This document shows, one piece after another, positions 38,176 to 49,578 of a stretch of 64,000 bases of DNA. The translations under genes were made by a program, and so were the position numbers. The stretch is from IMG/VR virus record IMGVR_UViG_3300021492_000027; one strand, written 5' to 3'. The notes under the pieces were generated by a model. The model worked only from the letters and a program-made list of their open reading frames with translations. It had not been told where the DNA came from and did not search any database. Source of the DNA: a virus. The stretch's first letter is position 1. Each line of letters begins with the position of its first letter.

Positions 38176-41100
38176 ATGCAAAGGATATATAGTGCCATAA
38201 GTGGGGTATCGGACATAAGGAAAATCAATCAGATGATCCGTAACGAGGTTAAGCGTGCCAAGAGCCGCAAAGAGCTAACGGAGCTACATAAACGCAGTTC
38301 GTATCTGGTGACTTTGACTTTCAGTCCAGCATGGAAAGAAGGTTTCAGGGGTAAGATAGCACAGATGCGGTCAGCCGCAAAAGAGGAGTTCGCAAAAACT
38401 GCAAGAGCAATAAACAGCCGATGCAGGCAGTTGGGTATAGAACCAAACTACGATACTAAATGGGGTTCAGGACGACGCTAAAAAATGGCACGAGTGTAAG
38501 GAGGTGATGATATGCGTAAAGAAGGTGGAGGTTTGGGTGGCAAACTCACAGAACTAAGAAAGCAAGTAAAAAAGGAAAGAGTAGACACGATATAAAATGG
38601 AAATAAAAAATGTTAGGAGGTGATATAAAATGAAAATTCCAACAGCTACCTTGTTTGGAACTTCAGAAATAGATAGAAGATATTTCTTCTTAGCATCAGA
38701 GAAAATAGGAGTGAAAAAAGACAAGAGTAATCTACGAAAGTTTGAAGCTACAAAAAATCGTGGAAATTTAGAGATTGCAAGAAAAATTCTCAAGAAATAC
38801 AAAATATGGAATAGAAAGATAGATGAGTGGTACAGATATTGCAAAAATGTAAATCCGTCAGCTATATTTGTTTCTATATACCAGTTAGAGCAACCAGATA
38901 AAAGATTTAAATGGATAATCGCACGCAAGCTAAATTCAATGTTTAAGAAATAAAAATGCCACGACATAGATATGGTAAAAAGGACGGTAGCAGACGCGGG
39001 TTCAAAGAGGGTGGTAGAGGCAGAAACCGAACAAATAAGTGTAGGCATCCATATAAAAAACTTAGGAGGTGATAATTATGGAGATAAAAGTATTAAAAAA
39101 TCTACCAGCAGGATGGAAAGGAAAGAAAATAAGCTCAAAGTATTTACCAACAGTTGTGTATAGGGCGTATTTTGTACCAAAAAAAGCAGAGAAAATAGCG
39201 AAAGAGAAAGCAAAGGAAAGAGGATTATCAAATACAGAAACAAAGAAACTAATAAAAAACTATAAAGACTATTATACAGAGTTGTGGATAGTGAAACTTC
39301 ACCAAGACAAAATAAATAATGTAATAGATATAGAAATTGAAGATCCTCATTTTCACACAAAGCACTTACGAGCTAAGACACCATCAGAAGCAAACAAAAT
39401 AGCTCTTGATTTCATGCGTAAACTTTCAAAACGAAAGACGCATCTACCATTGAATGTTAGAACATGGTGGAAAGAAAAAAGGTAAGTGATAAAAATGGGC
39501 TGGGTAGTGAAATTAGGCGTGAGTAACATGTTTGGTAGCGATGTATTTCCGAGCGAAGCGAGTGCACGATATGCGCTTGTGCACGCGATAAAGGCTACAA
39601 AGAACACACGTGATGATATACGAGCCGCTATGAGATACACAAAAGCAAAGATAGTAAGAACCGATCAGCAACCCAATGTTACAACTTCCTTGCTTGTTAA
39701 AAAACTATTGAAAATCAATTAAAAGTTAGGAGGTGGAAAATAATATGGGAAGAATAAAAGGTTGGAAGAAAATCAAAAGCATAAAAAACGAAATATTATA
39801 CCTCAATAATGACGAAGACACTTTAGTTCAAATAGTGAGCAATCCCAGATTTTTGGGTTGGCATGTACTTATCTACAAGTCTAAAAGTGGTTCATTTAGT
39901 CATAACAACATAATCTTAACTAATGATTTCAAGACCAAATCTCAAGCAATTGAGTTTGCTAATAACTGGATGCGTAAGCATATAAGAGGCTGACAGAAAT
40001 ACAGAAGGTAACAAAAATGAGGAAAGTAAAAAAACAAGAAAGGAAAAAATATAAGCAGTGGACAGAAAAACAACGAAAAATTTTCTATAAAGCACTTGAA
40101 GAGATGCCAAGCAAGGAAAAGAAAGTAAAGAGAATATCTCATGAATCGGGTACGAGTTTGAGTTATACTTACAAATGTCTTGAGAAACTCAAAAGATATG
40201 GTTATGCTCTCCAAACAACGAAAAGACCTAAAGCGTTTATTCGTATTGGAAGATTACCAGAGGAAAATAGGAGGTGATAAATAAAATGCCAGCAAAAACA
40301 AGAGTACCGAGAAAAATTCGCAAGATACAGGAAGGGCGAAGTAAGCGTGCAAAATCACTTGATGCTTTACGTACCTCAAAAAAGGTATTACCATTAAGTG
40401 ACTATGAAATATGGGCAAAGAATCCGGGTAGATGTGATTTAAGAGGTGTGGATACAGCAAAAACAGCAAAAACTCGGTCACATAAGAAAAAGCCTTTATG
40501 GCAGGTAGTACTGGTAAAAAGGACAGTAATGGAGTTCCCAGAGGAGTGTATTGGTGTACCAGAAATGAAACGGCTTCGTGGTCGTGGTGAATTTCCCTTA
40601 GATGTTGTAAGAAGTAAATGTACAGCGCAAGAAAAAGAATGTATGAAGATTTTTAGTTATAAGAAGCTGGGACAAAAAGAAAGCAAATCAAAAACTCCGA
40701 AAATAAAAAAAGTGACATTGGCAAAAGGGAGAATAAGGAGATATAAGGTATGGGGCGAGTTTCCGGCAACCAAAGAGCCACGGTACTATTTTGCAAAAAG
40801 TAAAGAGGATTTGTTGCGTAGTTTTTCACCTTATGCACGACAAAAAATAAAAGAAGGTAAAATTAAAGTAGTATATGACGGTATAGCATGGTAAAAAACA
40901 GGAGGTGATAAAACATGGCATATAAACCATCCGAATACCCGCAAGTAGGACCCGGCAAATACTACTACATCATGTACGAGAACTTGGAACGCACGCGAGC
41001 AGGCAACAAGGTTTGGAAACCGCGCGTCAAGCGTGTATACATAAGTGGCAAGCTATTGAGATGGCAAAAAGGACGTGTGCGTAAACGAACCGGCGAAACA

Positions 41101-41810
41101 GTAAACGGTATAAAGTTAATATATGAGAACACACGTAAGGGGTTCAAAGCACAACGAGGCAATACGCGTTATAGTGTGAGCCGAGCGGAGATGGAAGTGG
41201 CGAAAGTGGTGGAGCTGCCAAAGGGTGCAAGGAATATAAGATTGACAACGAGTAAACGCGAGGCGCAACCTACTCTTATGGAAGTGAGATAAAAATGGTG
41301 AGCATCCGTAAAAAGAAAAAAAATCCACAAAAACGTAAAGCCACCAAATACACAGCATACTTTTTATTTGGCGCAGGTAGTAAATATGGTGCAGGCAATA
41401 TCAAAAAGATAGCTGAAGCTTCGACACTTGAAGAAATAAGAAAGAAAGCACGTGCCAAACGAAGAGAATTCTCCAGAAGAACAGGTGAGTGGGCACAAAT
41501 AATGATTTATCGTGGCGATAAGTTTTATGAAATGTTGTAGGTCTATCTAAAAACAAATTAAAAAATGAGAAGATGGTATATAGATAATTCACCGCTTTTT
41601 TATAATCAAGGTGGATATAGGAAGTATATAAAGAAGATGAAGAAAGTTATAAGAGAGGAAGGAGGCAAAGTTCCAAGAATGAGCAACAAGTTTAAATGGA
41701 GTCCGCGTGTGTTATGTTTTTTAGCTACTGATAGTCAAGTGGAAAATATAAAAATAAGACTTATGAATGAGTTAGGCTTTCCTGTGATAATAAATGAAAA
41801 AACTTGGTAA
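38176..41810 (+). other. Island of about ten small, highly basic (K/R-rich) ORFs
   Basis: ORFs 38176, 38630, 39069, 39486, 39733, 40017, 40274, 40915, 41295 and 41565; most follow AGGAGGT-type RBSs. Confidence 0.65.
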
Positions 41811-42272
41811 AAAACAAGCGTCTTACTACTTCTAATTCTCATTATTTTGTATTGCCTTAGTACTCTATTTCTCAATCAAAAAATGAAACAAACTCAATCC
41901 ATTATCGTATTACTATGCGGTATATGGTCACTTGGCTTAGGTGCGCGCTACACATTAGAGCTCTATCTCGCTAACGACTACATTTGCATACCCCGAAACG
42001 CATTATATGGCATAAACCTATGGTTTGATTTCGTTCCGTTATTTGTGTTTGGTTTATTCACAACGGTTTCTGTGCTTAGAGTGATGATAAAAAACTTAGG
42101 AGGTGATAATTATGTGGAAGAGAAAAGAATTTGAAATAAATGAAAGTCCTAATGATGGTGAAGAAGTAAAATTTGCAGTTTTGCATGTTCTTCAGTTACA
42201 TAGATTAGGTATTCCCATAGAAGAAGTAAAATTTTTCATGCGTGAGATTGAAGAATAAAAAGGTGATAAGAA

Positions 42273-42683
42273 ATGAACATAAATCCAAAAGATGTTAAAG
42301 ATTTGGGATTAGTGAAATTTTCAAAAAACACGCAAATCCAGCAGGTGGGTATAGACCTCACAATAGCGGAGACTGTCAGACTCAAACATGGCGAATACAA
42401 AGCTGTTAAGCTTAATGAAATAGTTTCAGTACCGCCAGATGCGTTCGCGCTGATGTTCAGTCGTAGCACGTTCAATCGCCAAGGTATCTTGATAACATCC
42501 ACGGTATTTGAACCCGGTTGGCGTGGTATACCAACAGTTTCAATCTATAACCTTTCAGGTGCTCAGTGCTATATAACAAAAGATACGAGGATAATACAGA
42601 TAATCTTTTTTAGAGCAGATGCAGCGAGTGTTTATAACGGTCAGTATCAGAACCAGTTTTTAGAAGAGGTGAAAAGAAAATGA
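42273..42683 (+). CDS. Trimeric dUTPase/dCTP deaminase
   Basis: QQVGIDLT, SRSTFNRQG, VFEPGWRG, RIIQIIF. Confidence 0.85.
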   Translation: MNINPKDVKDLGLVKFSKNTQIQQVGIDLTIAETVRLKHGEYKAVKLNEIVSVPPDAFALMFSRSTFNRQGILITSTVFEPGWRGIPTVSIYNLSGAQCYITKDTRIIQIIFFRADAASVYNGQYQNQFLEEVKRK

Positions 42684-42717
42684 GAAATGAAGAGAAATTG
42701 GAATAGAGAAAAAGGAG

Positions 42718-42945
42718 GTGATTAACATGCCAAAATGTCCAAAATGTGGCAAAGAGATAGATTATCTAACGAATTTCGTCATAGAAGAATACAAATTGAC
42801 AATTGACGAGAATGGCAATGGTTATCATGAGCTTGTTGATTGCGACGATGATTATCAATGTCCTGAATGTGCTACAATTTTGTTCAGAGATGAAGAAAAA
42901 GCGGTAAAGTTTCTCAAAGGCGAAAGATTAGCAAAAGGAGAGTAG
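42718..42945 (+). CDS. Zn-ribbon protein
   Basis: CPKC...CPEC. Confidence 0.6.
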   Translation: MINMPKCPKCGKEIDYLTNFVIEEYKLTIDENGNGYHELVDCDDDYQCPECATILFRDEEKAVKFLKGERLAKGE

Positions 42946-43938
42946 TGTATTATGCAACAAGTGTTTATGAGCGATTTAATATCTTATATTGGTAAAAAAG
43001 TAAAGGACTTTGCAGTCACGCCAATAAGTGGCGAACTCGTGATTATTTTCGACGATAACACTGCTCTATGGTTTCATAAAAAACCTTATGCTATTGGTTC
43101 AGTTAGGGAAATGGAGAGAAGAGATGAAAAGAATCAAAAGATAGAAAATGAGCAAATATAAGGGATGGACAGACAAATCGCTCGTTATCACTTTTATCTT
43201 CAATCTTTGTGATAGTGTCAGAGAGCAAGAAGAGTTGGAGAATGAGCTAATACAGAGAGGATTAAGTGAATGGGCAGAACAAACGCTCTTAGAGCTTTTT
43301 AATGTTTTTGATAGAAAATGGAAAGAAAGAGAAAAACTAAAATAGAAATTAAAAAGTATATGAATGTGTGTTTCAGTGAAAAAGAAATAAAGGAGATATT
43401 ACAAAAATACGAAAGGTTTTCAAAAGCATATAATTTTTGCGATATAGAGAGGGATTTAGAACTTTATTACAAATACTACAATAGAAGATGTATAACAAGA
43501 ACTGCTCTTAAATTGATGCATAAGTTAGAGAAAATGAAAAATATAAAAATCTTCCCCGCTATATTCAAATGTTTTACAAATTTTTGTGCCTATCCTGAGG
43601 CATATAGGTTTTATGTATATGAATATATTAAACATCAGAACAGGGTTGTGCGTTTATACTTCAATGTGCCAGTTAAAGAATTTTTTAAAACATAAATGCT
43701 TATAAGAAGTAATAAAGATGTTAAGGAGAAAATAAAATTAGATTCAGATTTGAAAAGCTTGTTGGAATATCATAGAATTAAAATAAAGAAGTGGGACGAG
43801 AAAAATGGCGTGGTTATATTGAGTATCGAGGATTTCATAGAGCTTTTGAAAGTGATAAAAGAACAGGAAGACGAGATCATTGGGCTTGAAACTATTGGTA
43901 AAGAATTTGGAGCTCCTATAATATAACAAGATTAGGAG

Positions 43939-44229
43939 GTGAATGTTATGAAACAAGATTTATGGCCAGAAAAAATAGAAGGTAAGAGAGGTATGTATTG
44001 TGCCGAATGTGGGTTGGTGGTATATTCTCGTACATTTGAAAAAAGAATAAGTTGGGAATGTCCGAGATGTGGAGAGCATGAATGGTACCATATTTTTGAT
44101 AACTGGCAACCTAAAATAAGGTATGGAAGTGTACCATATAAGATATGTTCTGAGTGTGGCACTGTAGTGTATGGTGACTTAGAGAACTGTCCCGTGTGTA
44201 AAAATGGTAGGCTTTGTAGTGCTGTGTGA
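43939..44229 (+). CDS. Double zinc-ribbon protein
   Basis: CAEC..CPRC..CSEC..CPVC. Confidence 0.65.
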   Translation: MNVMKQDLWPEKIEGKRGMYCAECGLVVYSRTFEKRISWECPRCGEHEWYHIFDNWQPKIRYGSVPYKICSECGTVVYGDLENCPVCKNGRLCSAV

Positions 44230-44421
44230 GAATATATAAAGAAGCTAAAATGGAATGCAAAATAGAAAAAGAGCTTTGGAAAAAAGTGATTGAGGAAAGA
44301 GAGAAAGCGCTATTCACGGGTTATACCGAAGATTATGTTGATGCTGTATATAAATGGGTAAATCATATCATGGAACATGGATGTTGGAGATATTTGTAGA
44401 TTCAGGAGATGATGATAATTT

Positions 44422-44733
44422 ATGGAAGATGAAATTTTTATAAAAATGTTAGGTAAGAGCCAGCATGTCAAGCTATTACTTTTCATATACCGAAACAGTG
44501 ATTTTCTTGGTAGCATGACGAAACTTGCTGAAGTGCTTGGGCTAAGTCATCCCACATTACGGAAGATAGTGAAAGACCTCGTTGATATAGGGGTGTTAAA
44601 GAAGATAGACATAGGCAAAGCGATAATAGTTAGAGCTAACAAGTCATGTCCATATACAAAGATATTATTTGATTTTATTAGCAATGTCGAGAGTGTGGAA
44701 CTAATGGATGAATCACAAAAGAAAAATTTGTAG
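44422..44733 (+). CDS. Winged-helix transcription regulator
   Basis: SMTKLAEVLGLSHPTLRKIVKDL; N-terminus resembles 9973..10257. Confidence 0.75.
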   Translation: MEDEIFIKMLGKSQHVKLLLFIYRNSDFLGSMTKLAEVLGLSHPTLRKIVKDLVDIGVLKKIDIGKAIIVRANKSCPYTKILFDFISNVESVELMDESQKKNL

Positions 44734-44745
44734 ATATAAAGAAAA

Positions 44746-44958
44746 ATGAGTAGAAAAGTAGAGCATCAAAAAGTTATTGGTGGAATGTGGAAAGCTGGTC
44801 AATCAATATTAGTATCTACTTTCAGCGATGGTGTAGAGATTGTAACACGAGAAGCAGAAGATGATGAAGAAGACGAAGTTACAGGGCGTGTCTTTCTCTA
44901 TTGGGAAGAGTGGTTTAAGGTAGTAAATTTTATTAAGGAGGTGAAACAAAATGAGTGA
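44746..44958 (+). CDS. Paralogue family B, copy 3
   Basis: DGVEIV...VFLYWEEWFKVVNFIKEV. Confidence 0.6.
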   Translation: MSRKVEHQKVIGGMWKAGQSILVSTFSDGVEIVTREAEDDEEDEVTGRVFLYWEEWFKVVNFIKEVKQNE

Positions 44959-46310
44959 AAAAATAAACAAAGAAGATAAGATAGAAATTGAAACAGAAAA
45001 GCTAAAATTAATTGCAGAATGCTTTGAGTTTCCTTATACAGTCTTCTTTAAGTCAGTTGACGAACTAAAAGAAATGAAGTCAAAAATATACAGAATAAGG
45101 CATCCATTTAGTGCTCCTTTAGAAGATAAAGGGAAGAGAGAATGAATAAAGAAGAAATTAAAAAAAATAGTAAAAATGAAACTAAAGAAATAAACTTTGA
45201 AGAACTAAAAGCTAAACGAGGACTTAAACCGAAATGGGTAAGCGAATTGTTGGCTGATTACGGTAACCCAGCTCTCGAATGGGACAGTGATAAGGAGAAA
45301 GTTACTTTGAGTATTTGGGATTTTATGTCTCTACTAAATGTTATAAAGAGGTTAGAGGCTATAATCGAGGAGAAAAGTGAAGATAAACAAAATGAGTGAA
45401 AAAGAAGGTTGGTTTACTCGAAAAAGAAAGGAATTAGGGAATCGAAGCATTGTAGAGTATTACGATGAAGGTAAGTTTGTGAGCTTGGGATCACTAAGTC
45501 ATAGAAACTGGCAGCATCGCGAAATAGATAGAGTTACAGAGACTACATTACAATTGTTATATGAATTACCAGGAATGTATTCTGGTGGGTATTGGATAGA
45601 TGAATTAGCAGCAACTTGTGATTTTATAGGCGATAGTTACAAAGCTTTAGCAAAGTTGATTAAAGGAAGGAAAAAGATAAAGTGAAATAATAATGGAGGA
45701 AAGAAAAGAAAAATGAAAATAGTAAAAACCGCAAAAATTGAAATAGTGACGATAGGCAATCTACAGGAGGGTGATGAAATCCTCTGGTCGAACATCAGGT
45801 GCAAAGTTCTGGAGATAGACAGATTCAAGCGCAAAGTGACTTTCGTTCCTTCTTCGTTGCCTTTGTCATATCATTCTAACCCGTTTGAGGGCTCATACCT
45901 GCACTATTACAGAATTATTGAATGCGAAGAGATAAGTACCTGTACGATATGCGGAAAGAGAATAGAGAGTGGCGATTTTTGTGATGAATGCAAAAAGCAA
46001 AAATAATACCAGCTATTTAATAAACACAGAGCAAATCAAGAAGTTTTTACGAAAAGGCGATACATTAGTTTCTTTCTTTTTTATTCACGAGCAAATCCAT
46101 CAAGGTTCTCTTTTACATACAGAGCTTGATAAAGAGTACTTTGATAATATTGGGATTATCGTTGCTCGCGAAGGAACAAAAAGATTTTATCGTCTATCAG
46201 AATATTTGAAAAATGAGGGAAAAGAAAAATAAGCAATTTTCATTTTTGAGACGCCGATATAGAGAAACGGATTTATTGTTTTTAGGAAGAAGAAAAAGAG
46301 GTGACAAAAA

Positions 46311-47158
46311 ATGGAGGACATTCTAAAAATCATATTCTATATTGCATTAACTCTGTGTCTTATGGCTGGTGCGGTATATTTCACAACAGGTACATATTTC
46401 ATGACAAAAGACATGGAAAAGTCGTTGTCTAATCCTGATATTCTTAATAATATCAATAAAACAATAGCAAGTCACCAAAAGGGTTTATTAGCATCCCATC
46501 CCTACGCATGGTCTTTCACGCTCGCTATTTTAATTTTTTTATCAGTTATTTTAGGTTACTACGGTGGTTTAAGTAGCTGTTGCGATCCTATTTCGATATT
46601 TTTTACAATACTACCATTATTTGCCAGTGTTATACTTTTAGGTGCATTAGGGTTTTTAATTATATCAATAGTTACAGGCTTATCAGCTTTTAAGGGGCTG
46701 ATTGACACGACAAACGCTCATATAGATGCAGGGCTTATAAGGAGGTGAGAAGCTGAGAAGCAATGAAGCGACTAAAACTTTTTATCTGTATAGCGATGGT
46801 GCTATATTTAGGTATTTGTCCAGTATTAACAGCAAATTCTTTTTTTAAAGTAAATTCTGATGCTATGGAACAAGCAGAGATAAAAACTAACAATACAATA
46901 TCAAAATTAAAGAGTGGATTATTGCCATCATGCTCTATTTCATGGTCTATTGTATTTGCTGCTTTAATTCTTGCTGCTGCTATTCTTGGTTATTATGGTG
47001 GTTTAAGTAGTGGCTGTGTGGTAGACCCAATTATGCAAGCTCTTGCATTTTTGCCTATGTGTGTTAGTTACTTATTATTAGGTGTGCATGGATTCATAGT
47101 TGTAGCAATAGTTACAGTAGTGTCGATTTTTATTGGTGCACTTGGTACATCTGAGTAA
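46311..47158 (+). CDS. Two tandem paralogous multi-TM proteins (46311..46748 and 46763..47158)
   Basis: Both contain WSxxxAxLIxxxxILGYYGGLSS and a following C-x-x-D-P segment. Confidence 0.65.
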
Positions 47159-47293
47159 GCAAAAAATTTTATTCTTGAGATGTAATATATAAAACAATGC
47201 AGAATTCAATAAAAAATCCAAGAGTTTTATTTGCAATAGTGCTCTGTCTTATGGTTATTTTACGGTATTGAAAATAGAAGAACGGAGGTAAAA

Positions 47294-49084
47294 ATGAAAC
47301 AAAAACGAGGAAAAATTGAGCTATATATGGCAGGTGGTAGCTGGCGATCGAAAGCAGATGGTTCAAACGAAAATGCAAACCGATTACGCAGTGTAGGCGG
47401 TTTAAAAGCGTTCTTAGCGGAAAGCGAGATAGTGAGATATGTATTGAGAAATGTCTATCCACCAGAAATCAGCAAGGCGCACATAGACGGATTCTTCCAT
47501 ATCCATGATTTAGGAAGCGGTATAAATCCATATTGCGCGGGTTGGTCGCTCCAAGACCTTCTATTAAAAGGCTTTAGCGGTGTAAGAGGAGTAGTGCAAT
47601 CAAATCCACCAAAGCATTTCAGTTCAGCATTAGGTCAGCTTCTAAATGCAGTCGGTGTTATCCAGCAAGAGTGGGCAGGTGCTCAGGCATACAATACCGT
47701 GGATGTATTATTAGCACCATTTATCAGATACGATGGATTGAGTTACAGACAGGTAAAACAAGCGATACAGGAATTTGTGCATAGCATCAATGTACCCACG
47801 CGCTGGGGCTTTGAAACGCCATTTTTGAATTTCTCATTTGATTTGAAGCCCGCAGATGACCTCATAAACCAAGGCGTTATAATCGGTGGCAAGATGCAGG
47901 ACAAGGTCTATGGCGACTTCCAAGAGGAGATAGACATGTTCAATAAGGCATTTCTTGAAGTGATGTACGAAGGTGATGCGAACTCTTCAATCTTCAAGTT
48001 TCCGATACCGACATACATGATGTCCGAGAACAGTTTTGACTGGGACTCAGAGGTAGGGCAATGGTTAGCTAAGGCAACAGCAAAATTTGGACTGCCATAT
48101 TTCCAGAATTGTAGCAAAAACACGGGTTTAAATCCTCATGAAGTACGAGCAATGTGTTGCCATCTCAATCTCGATTTAAAAGAACTCAAGCGAAAAACAG
48201 GAGGTTTATTCGGGTATGGTGATGTAACAGGTAGCATAGGTGTTGTCACATTAAATCTTTCACGATTAGGCTATCTTTCAAAAGACGAAGACGAATTCTT
48301 TGAGATGTTACGTTACTATATGGATTTAGCGAAAGACTCACTTGAAATCAAACGCAGAGTTTGTAACGATAGTTTTGAAAAAGGCTTAATGCCTTTTTCA
48401 AAAATTTATCTTAAAAACCTTGATAATCACTTCTCTACGATTGGCGTAATAGCAGGTCATGAGTGTTGTCAAAACCTCTTAGGGTGTTCAATAGCCGATG
48501 ATGAAGGTTTGGAGTTCATGAAAAGGGTTTTGAACTTCATGCGAGATGTATTAGTGGAATACCAAGAGCAAACAGGCAACCTCTGGAACTTAGAGGCGAC
48601 GCCCGCAGAAGGAGCTTCATATAGGTTAGCAAAGATAGATGTGCGAACTTTAAAAAAATGTTATGTATCAGGAACACGTAAAGAGCCATATTATACAAAT
48701 TCGACACAACTTCCTGTGGATTACACACATGTTCTGGGAAAGGCAGTTAGGCATCAAGAACAGTTACAGAGTCTTTATACTGGCGGTACTGTGTTTCATG
48801 TATATCTACCCGAACAACCTGACGAACGAGTGATCCCGTTCCTTATTAAGCGTATGATAGAGCGTACAAAACTCCCTTATGTCACTCTTACACCGACATT
48901 TTCGATATGCATAAACTGTCACCAATATATCCCAGGTGAGCAACCAGTATGTCCATTTTGCGGTGGTCAGACAGACATATACTCCAGAATTGTAGGTTAT
49001 CTTGCTCCATTAGGGATGTGGAACACGGGTAAGAAACAGGAATGGAAATCACGAGTTACTTTCAACATATTTGAAACAAATTAA
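47294..49084 (+). CDS. nrdD: Anaerobic (class III) ribonucleoside-triphosphate reductase without ATP cone
   Basis: HIHDL, GAQA, AMCC, EATPAEGASYRLAK, YYTNS, YTGGT, CINC..CPFC, YSRIVGY. Confidence 0.93.
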   Translation: MKQKRGKIELYMAGGSWRSKADGSNENANRLRSVGGLKAFLAESEIVRYVLRNVYPPEISKAHIDGFFHIHDLGSGINPYCAGWSLQDLLLKGFSGVRGVVQSNPPKHFSSALGQLLNAVGVIQQEWAGAQAYNTVDVLLAPFIRYDGLSYRQVKQAIQEFVHSINVPTRWGFETPFLNFSFDLKPADDLINQGVIIGGKMQDKVYGDFQEEIDMFNKAFLEVMYEGDANSSIFKFPIPTYMMSENSFDWDSEVGQWLAKATAKFGLPYFQNCSKNTGLNPHEVRAMCCHLNLDLKELKRKTGGLFGYGDVTGSIGVVTLNLSRLGYLSKDEDEFFEMLRYYMDLAKDSLEIKRRVCNDSFEKGLMPFSKIYLKNLDNHFSTIGVIAGHECCQNLLGCSIADDEGLEFMKRVLNFMRDVLVEYQEQTGNLWNLEATPAEGASYRLAKIDVRTLKKCYVSGTRKEPYYTNSTQLPVDYTHVLGKAVRHQEQLQSLYTGGTVFHVYLPEQPDERVIPFLIKRMIERTKLPYVTLTPTFSICINCHQYIPGEQPVCPFCGGQTDIYSRIVGYLAPLGMWNTGKKQEWKSRVTFNIFETN

Positions 49085-49578
49085 GTAGAATGTGATAAGA
49101 ATGTATATAGACAGCAAACCAACAGGAAATCCAAATACGATTTATGTAGGAGGGATAAAAAAAGCAGATTTAGAGAAGTTAGTTGGTCATAAGGTAATAT
49201 CAAAGCAAAAATGGGGAAACTGGATTTTCTTGATAACAATAGAAGATGCAGTGAATTTGAAATTGATGACAGCAGAGAAAGCAAGGAGTAGATATTTTCA
49301 AATAACAGGGAAAAGAGCAAGGAAAGATTATCCTAAGGGACTAAATGAAGAATTAGGGATAAAAAAATTGAGGAAAAGAGCAAAAAAGAAATGAAACTAA
49401 AATATCTTGAGTTTCTTTACTTAGGATATGTTATCAGATAAAGAAACCGAATATATGGATAGACATTTTCAGAGTTTTGTTCGGTTTTTGCAGGAGTATT
49501 TTGATATAAGTGAGTATAAAGCACTAAGAGAAATTGAGTTGAGAGTCAATTTATCAAAAGCAAAAAGTAGATAAACAA

